From Pelomyxa schiedti (Eukaryota > Protista > Evosea): DNA of 32,743 bases. Below, one piece after another: positions 1 through 9,598 of the stretch (within the stretch, counting starts at the first letter, position 1; each line of letters begins with the position of its first letter). The translations under genes and the position numbers were made by a program. The notes beneath the pieces are model-generated. The model saw nothing but the letters and a program-made list of their open reading frames with translations, ran no database searches and was not told the DNA's origin. The stretch is taken from positions 1 to 32,743 of the forward strand of contig JAHLWZ010000989.1 of the NCBI GenBank assembly GCA_020536535.1, read 5' to 3'.

Positions 1-397
1 GATACTCATACACCATGAGGTAAAAACCCCTCAATACCCAACACAACAAAAAAAAAAAAAAAAAAAATAACTTACAGCACAAACAGACACAACTGAACAC
101 TGGGATGGAATAACACACAAGGAAGCTGCAAACACCCTGGCAAAGAACCACGACACAGCACCAACTTGTAAATAATGAAATTTCTGCGGAATCTCTGTTA
201 ATTCGAAGTTTCATCGAAATTTCCTTGTTTTTTTTGTCCACTGCTAGTGGGGTATGCCACTAGGAGTTGATCCCCCCCAAAATTGATAATTGCCCCCGGC
301 CAAATGACTTTCGGATTCCCAGATCCCTTTTCCATTCCCACTACCAATTCAGGGGGGGCAACAATTAAAGTGGGAGGACACAAGCCTTTTTGGTCCA

Positions 398-2130
398 ATG
401 AGGGAGGTGGTTTTTATTCACGTTGGTGAGCGGCTGTGTTGCCCGTAACAAAGAGACTAGCAGCTCACTGGGTTTTTTTCTCCTTCTTATGTGTGTTGTA
501 GGTCAAGCTGGAGTAAGCATTGGTGACTCGTGGTGGGACCAATTTTCCGCAGAGCATGGTGTGGAATCAAAAAGGGTGACAGTTGATTATGGGAGTGGTG
601 GCACAAACAAGGGGGATCGGAGGGTCCTATTTCGGGAGGTACCCAGTTGAATAATATATACAGGTGATTTAAAAACTGTTCTCAATATTGCCCTTTCATG
701 CTATGAATACAACACCCTCTCCATTTTAATTTGCACCGTGATGCCGGGCTTAGGACTCATCTGGTGGATACATCCCACGTTCTCTGTTTGTGGACTTTGA
801 GGTTTGTTGGCTGGGTTAATGTGCCTAAATATTGCCTAGACTGCTACAATTGAATGTGTTAAGAGTGGTCATTCTGGTGGACGCTATGATCCAAATCAAT
901 TCATAAGCCGCAATACACCAGTTAGTTTGTACTGCAGGGGTTACAACACCATCGGCTCAACTATCATTGACGAATGTATGTCTCAAATTTCCCGACTCGT
1001 CGAGGAGTGCACGAGTCTGGAAGGTTTTGTTATCAGTCATGCCCTTGGTAACTGTACAGTAAGTTAAAGTTTAAAAATGCTGAGCTCTTACAGGTGGAGG
1101 TACTGGTTCTGGATTTACAGCACTTCTCCTTCAAAAGTTGAGTGCACAGTACCCAAAGAAGCTAAAATCTAATTTTGCGGTTTGGCCCACCAAGGGTTCC
1201 CCAACATCAATTGTGGAGCCATACAACTGTATTCTCGCAGCTCCAGCTATTATGGAACATACCACTTCTACATTACTGGCTGCAAATGATGCATTGTTTG
1301 ATAGATGTCGTGAATATATTCATATACCGAACCCTTCATTCCGGGATATGAACGGACTTACGGCACAGGTTACCTACTCTTTACACTGTCACTCTACAAA
1401 TGAATTCCCAGGTTTTATCATCTGTGACTGCAAGTAGCCGTTTCGAGTGCAAAGGTTCCACCGGACTTTTCGAGCTTAAACCTGCCGCACTGTTGTAGAC
1501 TTTTGAATATTTTGCACTTATCATTTATCCTCAGGGATCCAAATTTGCACTTCATCCTGCCGTCATATTGCCCCCTCAATACCGCTGCAGAGACTAATTC
1601 AACATCTCTCCAAGACATTACAAATGAAGGTTCTCCTGATCTAATCGAAAGTGGTAACATTCACTCCTCACAGTTTTTGAACCACAGAGCTGCCTGATAA
1701 AAAAAACTGTGAGGTCCTCCAAGTTGTTATCATGTTCCCTGGTCTTTAAGGCAGAGACCACCACTGAAGAAGTTTCGTCGTGCATTACTGCAGTCCAACC
1801 AAAGTTGCATTTCTCTGGGTCCTCTCCCACCCAGTATGTCTTATGTTAACTATTTTATCTCATCGTTTCGATTTATGCAGAAACCGGCTCCGGCATTGCC
1901 TATACTCTCCACCATTTCCAGCAAACTCGAGTCCCAGTGTTTGCGCTTTCGAAAACTCCACTGAATTTGCCGGGCTACTAGGGCAGGTGAATCATGGATT
2001 TGATTTGATGCTTGCCAAACGTGCGTGGGTGCATTGGTATGTTGGTGAGGGAATGGAGGAAGGTGAGTTCAGTGAAGCAAGGGAGACCATGGCCCAACTG
2101 GAATCTCTGTATGAGTCTTTTTGCTCATAA
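398..2130 (+). CDS. TUBA: Highly divergent alpha-tubulin-like protein (multi-exon)
   Basis: Manual splicing gives [29 protein letters not shown] (intron 426-501), [11 protein letters not shown], the tubulin signature [19 protein letters not shown], and the alpha-type C-terminus [29 protein letters not shown]. Stop TAA ends at 2130. Confidence 0.9.
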
Positions 2131-2205
2131 TCAACAAACTGTGTTCAACAATACAAAACAGAATTTTCGGTTTGCCAAAAGCCTTTTTTTTTCAGAAGGT
2201 CGGCA

Positions 2206-4537
2206 CTACCAGTACAGAAGTGCCTCTTGTTTGGCTAACCACCAGGCAGTCTCCGTAGAACTTGGATAGTCAGGACTATCCTGGAGGCCGCGGCATAACT
2301 CAACAATGCACTGGTAGGTGACTCCCAACTTTTGGACTGTGTGTTCAATGTGGAGTGGTGATACTGTAACAAAAGGCAGGAACTTGTCTTGGGTCCTGAT
2401 AACCTTGGCAGTTAGGCCAGGAAACTTTCTCAGCAGCATTTTCCACGTGGGAAGGCTGATTTGCCTAAACGAAGCATGCAATTGGTCCCGCGGCATGTTT
2501 ATAACCTAGATTGATTTAGTGAGTTTCAAACTGTTGTGAGGTATGGAAGAATACCTCGGAAAGAGTGATGTAAAAATTGTCAATCAACCACTCAGCGCAA
2601 CCCACCTTGGAAAAGCTCAGCAACTGGAAGAACAAGTGGTTGGTGTTTGCCTTGACCTGGTCTGGTGTCAGGTGATATGTTTGAATCAACCACTTGACAA
2701 CTTTGCTTGAAAATCCTTTGGTTCCACTCTCTGTTAAGCATTTCACAACCTGCGATTGTGTGATTTCGCTTATGGCAATTATTTCTTTTGCTGAGGAGAT
2801 ATCTGCCATTCCGATTGCCATTCTCAGCAATTTCTTCATCTGACTGCGGATCGTGACATTCCCAAGGGGGATATGAAGCTTCTTCAACAGGTACAGAGCA
2901 CCACTTAAATTACCTGTCTCTAATAGTCTCTGAACTGATTCAGCCATTTCAGTTTCTTCAAAACGGCCCACTGGAACACGTTGGCAGAACCACTCTAGTG
3001 CTGCGAACCCAGAATAAGAACGTTCTGCAACACTCTCCAATCCAATCCAAGCATTCTCTATGTCTTCGGTATTTTTAAGTGCTCTTTCTATATAGTGATA
3101 AGTGTCTTCCAGCCACGTGGAAACTGAAAGGTTTGCTGCTCCCAGTGCTGCTCTAACGGATCCATCAATTATTTCCGGAGGCAAATCCCCTGCAACGTGG
3201 TGCACCATGCATTTCACTACTGACACACTATCCTTGCTGTTTTCACATGCAACTGGAATATTCTCTGGTTCGGAGACCATGGAGAAATCTTTGAATAACC
3301 ACTCCAGGAGGTCAGGTTCACATATACGGAAGAAGGCGCTGCGCAAACTCGTTTTAGATGGCTTCACGGCACCGCTCTGAATCAGCCACCTCAGCGTCTG
3401 CTCCTCGTACACGGGAACCTGCTCCCACTGCATCGACGGCATCGCCCTCATGAGCCACTTGCACGCTTCAATCTTTTCATCGGCACTCCGCATGCTCTTG
3501 AGAAGGTTGCACGCGATCACGGCCTGCAAGCCGGCCGCGCTCTCGCCGGTTCTCGGCGGGAATCTTTCGAACACCCACTTGATGACCTCCAAGCACCCGC
3601 CTTCGGCAGCGCACTGAGGAAATGGGTGCCACGCAAGCATCTCGCACGCGGAGGGAATGTCGAAGAGCCCGGCGAGCCACTCCACCACGTCGATGTGGCC
3701 CCCGCACAGCGCGGCCATGAACGCGTGGAAGAAATACAGCTCGCCGATGCGGAACCTGGACACGAGCCACTTTGCGGTCTCGAGGTGCCCGGCGCGGCAG
3801 ACGCTGCACAGCAAAGTGTTGCTGCTCCCTTTGCCTTCGTATGGCATGGTCGCGGCCACCAACTCGTCCCTCAGGTTCCAGTCACTGTCTCCGCCGTCGT
3901 CCTCTGGCCAGCGGAGATGGCTCCCGGCCGCCCAGGGTCTCCCATAAGTGGAATCGGTGGTGCCAGTGGTGTGGGGATCGGGGCCGGCGAATTGCTCGGC
4001 TGTTGGCAGGTGCCCCGCGACGCAGAGGCCACGCAGCACGGCGAGGCACTCCTTGTGGGGGTGGTGGCGCGGGGGTGACTTATGGGACACGATCCAGGAC
4101 ACGCAGCGGCCGTCGCCGCAGGCCTCGGCCGCGCACTGCAGGGCAAAGTAGGACGAGCGGTACTTGATGTGCTGGTAGCCGCGCACATTCACGCCTGCGG
4201 TGGCGAGCACGGCGCGGCAGGCCATGGGCACGAGCGGGAACAAGGCCTCGGCTACGGTCAGAAGCAAAACGCAGCGCTTGTGGGACAGCGGCCTCCGGTA
4301 GGGCTCAGAAAAGGGACGAACTATGGGAGGACGGCCCAGCAACCACCCAGGCAACACCACGTCGGTCCATACAATACGGGAAACAGACACAACAATACTT
4401 CTCTGTTCCAACACAACACAACTCATCGTTAGGGGAAAAGATCTCCTGAACCTCCACACCTTCTCTGGACCCGTCCATGTCTTCCCGCCACCCATACTTC
4501 TGGAGAAAACATCAGAAAAGAAGGGGAGAGTCGGCAT
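2206..4537 (-). CDS. Lineage-specific ankyrin-like repeat protein (2 exons)
   Basis: Long ORF 2516-4597 with degenerate ankyrin-like repeats (CRAGHLETAKWLV, ALCGGHIDVVEWL, AAEGGCLEVIKWV). A phase-0 intron at ~2507-2553 joins it to the 2206-2506 exon. It is collinear with the paralog at 11134-13544. The start is uncertain; the first ATG is at 4537. Confidence 0.8.
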
Positions 4538-5194
4538 CTCTGGCGTGCCAAGTTGTGGTTTTAGGAGAAGAAAAGAGTTTATCAGAACAAAACGCACAGC
4601 CGTAATGATGGCCCAATGCCACCCATAGCCACCGTGATAATATTATCCTCCTCTTGTCGCACACACACGATGCGATGACACTCGAGAAAGCACAAATTTG
4701 TTGGTCGACCGTCCTGTTCCGTTAGGCGAGAATTGTGGATTTTCCAAACCGCACATACGCCGGCCACAAGATCGGATCTTCAGTCAGTGTTGCACACAAC
4801 GCAATAGCGCATTGCTGAACAGCCCACATTGACACCGACCGTATGATTGTTTCTTTTTTTTTGATTGTATCAAAATGAATTTGCCTGCGCACACAACTAA
4901 ACAACCAATTAGACAGACATCTTACGCTAAAATAGATTTTTAGCCACACTCCAAGTCTTAACAGTTGCGCAATTGCTTTCCAAAATTGTAATTAATAATG
5001 CTTTTGAAGGGCAGATCCACCTCTTTCATTTTTTTACACGCGTCGCAGCAAACAACCCGGTACGCAACACAAACGCACCACAAACCCAACCCGTAACGCA
5101 AACACAAACTCCTCGTCGAAAACACATCAACCTGCGTGCTGCGAAACTATTTCCAAGATCCTTCGAAGTGACACTATCGCCAGTGGAATAGACT

Positions 5195-5426
5195 ATTGCA
5201 CCTCGCGGAAGGAAGCAGAGACTCGAGGGAGGGCGGTGGGACAGTCCTGTCAACCGTCAAAAAACTCAAACTCCCCGGCAATGCAATGCGTGCACTCACT
5301 CCCACAGTGGTACTGGTACTGGCACTGACACTGACTTGGAGGCTTTGGGGAGCAAGGGCAGTGGCCGTTTTTGAGGGTGGCGGCGAGGACTGGGCTGTCC
5401 GCTGCGTACACTCTCTTCCCTGCAAT
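5195..5426 (+). ncRNA. Candidate long rod-like hairpin RNA (array unit A)
   Basis: Nested helices: ATTGCA/TGCAAT (5195/5421), GGAAG/CTTCC, GCGG/CCGC, CAGTCCT/AGGACTG (5242/5386), TCAAAAA/TTTTTGA (5257/5368), CTCCCC/GGGGAG (5271/5347), CAGTG/CACTG. Confidence 0.45.
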
Positions 5427-5664
5427 GCAGCAATGGGCTATATGGACTACCTACGATAATTTACGTACACCTTGGGCACTTGTATAGGAATGAGGACTTG
5501 TCACAATACATATATATTGGCGGCAGTATATCCACTTCCTTCATTTTGTTTTACTAACTGTTCCATGAGATACAAATTCCCGACCTTTTGCGAAGCTCGA
5601 ATAATATTGGGGCATTTCATTCCCGTTTTAAACATATTCATTTTTTTCCCAATAGGTACTTTTT

Positions 5665-5857
5665 CCCTTGAGGACCCCCATAGCGTGGGCTGATGGTGGT
5701 GTCATTTTGCGGGCTCCCCCTTGGGCTCATCACAGCCAGTCGTGTGCTCGATCTGCAGCGGCGGCATGGATGTGTTGGGCTCTCCCCTTTTTCGCCCGCA
5801 GGATGCACCCATCCATCAGATATCCCAGTGCTAGAACTCAAAGGGGTCTCTCTTGGG
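5665..5857 (+). ncRNA. Candidate long rod-like hairpin RNA (array unit B)
   Basis: Nested helices: GACCCC/GGGGTC, TAGCG/TGCTA, TGGG/CCCA, CTGATGG/CCATCAG, CATTTTGCGGGC/GCCCGCAGGATG, GGGCTCA/TGGGCTC, CACA/TGTG. G-U pairs favour the + strand. Confidence 0.55.
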
Positions 5858-6062
5858 TTTCTCTCACACTCACTGTGGAGTCGATTGCGCTTCGGCAGTA
5901 TATACAATCCCTTCATACAGTTTTACTAACTGTTCCATGAGATACAAATTCCCGACCTCTCGCGGAGCTCGAATAATATTGGAAAATTTCCTTCACAATT
6001 TTGTTCTCATCATCGAAATAGATTTCATTTCCCCAATGGGTGCTTTTTTCCTTCCATTCCCA

Positions 6063-6250
6063 CCTTGAGGACCCCCATAGCGTGGGCTGATGGTGGTGCA
6101 TTCTGCGGGCTCCCCCTTGGGCTCATCGCAGCCACTTTTCGTGACGTGTGCTCGATCTGCAGCGGCGGCATGGATGTGTTGAGCTATCCCCTTTTCGCCC
6201 GCAGGATGCACCCATCCCCAGTGCTAGAACTCAAAGGGGTCTCTCTTGGG
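6063..6250 (+). ncRNA. Candidate long rod-like hairpin RNA (array unit C, duplicate of B)
   Basis: Same fold as unit B, including a continuous GGTGCATTCTGCGGGC/GCCCGCAGGATGCACC helix. Three substitutions relative to B keep pairing. Confidence 0.55.
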
Positions 6251-6583
6251 TCTCTCTCACACTCACTGTGAGTGGAGTGGAGTCGAGTCACCATCACTCG
6301 AAACAAAGCAGTATCAAATCCCCTCAATCTCACTACTAAACAAAATAATAGCACACCCCTTTATTACCAAGAAGCTGATTTTCCTCCGATATCTACGCGT
6401 TTATTCATGTTTTATCCCCCCATTCTTCACATAATTGAGTTCTCTGTGCGGTGCACTGTAGTAGATTAATAAGAGGTTGAAATTTTCTATCTATTTTGGT
6501 TAAGTAACCACATCCCATCCAGCGACTGTGATGTCATTGTTATCGTCATTGTCATCAAGGGGGGTCTCCATGGAGTCACACGT

Positions 6584-6776
6584 GTGCCGGTGGAACCTTG
6601 GAAAATATGAAGGCTAAAAAAGGTCTTTCACTTCCGCAAGAAAAACCACCCATTAACATTTTTTAGTAGGTAGGAAATTTTGCGGAATGTAAGTCGGTAG
6701 CAAAGAAGATGATTGAAGAAGAATAGACTTCATATGCGAAGGTAATCCTCCCTCTGGTGGGTTTCACTGTTTGCAC
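6584..6776 (+). ncRNA. Candidate long hairpin RNA (array unit D)
   Basis: Nested helices: GTGC/GCAC, CGGTGGAACC/GGTTTCACTG (6588/6760), ATATGAAG/CTTCATAT (6605/6728), TCTTT/AAAGA, TTCCGCAAGA/TTTTGCGGAA (6632/6678). Confidence 0.45.
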
Positions 6777-7134
6777 CGCTTACCACCTCAAGGTAGATGC
6801 TTTTGACAATCAGAGAGCACAGCTAGGCAATGGAGTCACTCACACACTCAAGGAACAACAACCTCAACAACAACACACGCTATCACACAGGAACATCCAA
6901 GAGTGCAAATGAATGCACTCTCCTACTCACACATCGTCCCCCCGACACTCCAAACACGGGGTGGTTGTCATAATAAAATGTTTCTGTTTGCAAGATAAAA
7001 TTCAACAGTAGTTATTTCCTGCTTGCCAAAACATTAACCCTTAGTTCAGCCAATCTCCAAGAGCTACTGAAACTGTCTTCCGAACTACTCAAGATCGATG
7101 ACAACAGCACTCTACTTCGTCGAAAAGCACCATA

Positions 7135-8967
7135 ATGTTGTCGGCCCACGACGGGTGCGTGTCGTTCCTCGGCGTCGACGCGTACTCAGAGACGTCGTCC
7201 AGCGCAGCTACGTCGTCAGCGCCCCCGGGCGCCGGCGACCGCTTCGTCCCCACGCTGCTGCGCTCGTCCTCGTCGGAGCTGGAAGCCGCGCACAGGGAGG
7301 TGCTCGCGGCGGAGGCGGAGGCCGAGGCGGCCATGCGGCGGCTCACTCTCACGGGGCCCGACGACGACCTCGTGCGGCCGCCGCCGGGTGACGACGCCAC
7401 GGGCGCGCAGGGGAGTACTGCCAAAAGGGCGTATATAAGGGCCGTCGAAGCTGCCTTGTGCAACAATACAACGGTTGGGTTTTCGTTTGTTTTATGGGGT
7501 TTTTGGGTTTTTCGCCTCCCTCTCGTAAATTTTAGTTGATTCTATGCCGATTGTATTACGTTCTGACATAGTACCCTCCAAAAACCAGAAAAAGGTTCTC
7601 AGTTTCTCACCTGCCAAGCCTACAAAAGGAATTAACATGCCCGTTAGTACATTGGGGTCATCAAGCAGGACCTCTTCATTCAGCAAGTGCGAACACATTG
7701 ACTTCTGAAAGTTTCTTATATGAACTTGTTCTGTTTTTCACTTTCTGGTTTATCAATATTGAACAGGAACCCCCGTTCCGTACCTCAAGCACCAGAGAGG
7801 GTGCTGGATGCACCTGGTTTACAGGATAACTATTACCTTAATGTGCTTGACTGGGGCACTCACTACCTTGCTATTGGCCTTTCTTGTTTTGTTTATTTGT
7901 GGTCACCTACTATTGCCGAAGCAGTACAGCTTTTGCAGACTTCAGAAGACAATTGTATCTCAGCTGTAAAGTGGGCAGGGTCTTCTTCCTTTCTAGCTGT
8001 TGCTACAAACAGTGGTCAGTCTCTCATACAGTATTCAATTTTCTGACTATCTCTCCTTGGCAAGGTGACATACAGATTTGGACAGCAAAACAAGATTCAT
8101 TTAAGCAACTTCGCACTATTCGAGGTCACACTAGTTGTGTGTGCTCTTTATCATGGGCAGGAAATTTGTTGGCTAGTGGGGCAAAGGATGGCACTATTAT
8201 GATCAGTGATGTGAGTAGACGACCTCATGAGGTGGCCATTTTAAGACACCACACTGATCAAGTGTGTGGGTTAATCTGGTCTCCAAGTCAAACCCAGCTT
8301 GCTAGTGGGGGGAATGATAGTTGTGTTGCAGTATGGGAGCCACATAGGTGTGCAACAGCACCAATGGTTGTTCTGACACTCCACACTGCTGCTGTGAAAG
8401 CACTTTCGTGGTGTCCCTGGGAGGTTGTGTTTCGCCTGTCATTTTTACCTCACTGACCACCAGTCAAGCCCAATATCCTTGCTACAGGAGGCGGTTATGC
8501 AGATAAGTGTATACGAATTTGGAATACATCTACTGGTTCCTGTCTACAATGCATCACTACCAACTCACAGGTGACATCTATTATGTGGTCCGTTGAGTAC
8601 CAGGAGCTTATTTCTTCCCACGGGTGAGTGGCTTTTCTTTTGGAAATTTTAACAACCTACAGAGCCCCAGACTGCCAGCTTTCACTTTGGAAGTACCCAA
8701 CAATGGAAAAGGTTGGTGATATCTTGGGGCACGATGACCGAATTCTCCACACAACAAGAAGTCCTGATGGCAGCATTGTGGTTTCTGCAAGTACTGACGA
8801 AACCATAAGGTATTAACGCTGGTTCTTATGCACAACACACTCACTTGAATGAAAGGTTTTGGTCCGTTTGGCCACCACAAAAACCCCACAAGACTATAAA
8901 TAAAAGTAACACTACTCGGCTCCGCTCTAGGAGTGCTTCGGGCTTCAGCTCAAGGGGATTGAGATGA
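7135..8967 (+). CDS. CDC20: APC/C co-activator Cdc20/Fizzy (WD40), multi-exon
   Basis: C-box-like DRFVP; KVLSF (KILR-like); PERVLDAPGLQDNYYLNVLDWG; LASGGND; HTAAVKALSWCPW; LWKYPTMEKV; SPDGSIVVSASTDETIRFW; ends in GLR-stop. Confidence 0.92.
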
Positions 8968-9195
8968 ACCCGGCTATACATACATAGAACTTATACATAT
9001 TTACACCGCTTCGAAAACAAGAAGGCACTTGGTTTTCATTTTTCAGCATTTCAGTAATAGAACCTCATTCTTTTTTTTTCTGTTGGCATATTTGAAAGAA
9101 AGAGAGAAGGAGCAACACAACCAAGCAAGCAACACCCAAAGTAGGAAGTCTCCAAAAAACCCACAAGCACAAGACAAAGAGAAGAGTAAGCAAGA

Positions 9196-9438
9196 ATGCA
9201 AGGACAACCTGATTCTGCAGGCCCAGACTGGGTGATCCCTGAGTTGGCACCCCACGAGCATCATCCCGAGGAGTACCCTCATGTAGGCACGGCTCAACAT
9301 TCCCCAGAATCCCCGGCAGAGAAGCTTACTGTGCGTGAGTTGAAGGAGAGGTTGCGCCAGAGCGGAGTCGATTCCAGTGGTGTGACTGAGAAGCGTGATT
9401 TGGTGGAGATGGTCAACAAGGCTTGCCCTCTTCACTAG
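9196..9438 (+). CDS. 80-aa protein with a C-terminal SAP-like helix-extension-helix motif
   Basis: ATG-initiated ORF. LTVRELKERLRQSGVDSSGVTEKRDLVEMV matches the LxVxELKxxLxxxGVDxxGxxEKxxLV pattern. Confidence 0.65.
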   Translation: MQGQPDSAGPDWVIPELAPHEHHPEEYPHVGTAQHSPESPAEKLTVRELKERLRQSGVDSSGVTEKRDLVEMVNKACPLH

Positions 9439-9598
9439 CTTGGCTATTGCCGATTGATTGGAATGAATGGGAGTGTCACACCAGAAACCCGCAACATTTT
9501 GAGTGGTGAATGATTGAATAGAAGACAACTCCTGAGGGATGATAAAGTGTTTAGGAGGTCAATTTTTAGATAAGTAGGTTTTTTTGTTTGGTAGTCAT

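Larger units (their letters stand above)
5521..6286. repeat. Tandem duplication, two copies of ~370-390 bp (5521-5884 and 5893-6286)
   Basis: Two near-identical blocks (CGGCAGTATA...GCTCGAATAATATTGG and CCTTGAGGACCCCC...CACTCACTGTG) are separated by a diverged AT-rich spacer in each copy. Confidence 0.95.

Noticed and set aside
1-200. Possible 5' exon of a minus-strand gene (GTAAG donor at ~71-75, poly-T tract)
   Set aside because: No ATG or recognisable peptide, and it is truncated by the window edge.
3102-4628. Many plus-strand ORFs
   Set aside because: GC-rich shadow frames of the minus-strand ankyrin-like gene.
5665-5857. SRP RNA, RNase MRP/P, U3 or tRNA
   Set aside because: No SRP helix-8 GNRA motif, U3 boxes or cloverleaf. 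AACTCAAAGGGGTCT loosely resembles MRP CR-V, but the GAAAGTCCCC partner with its bulged U is absent. An Rfam search is still needed.
5521-6286. CRISPR array or retrozyme
   Set aside because: There are no short identical repeats with unique spacers and no cas genes. I found no hammerhead core (CTGANGA...GAAA) on either strand; the closest is CTGATGG.
5472-6469. Short overlapping ORFs in the duplicated region
   Set aside because: Indels between the two copies break the frames, and there are no protein motifs.
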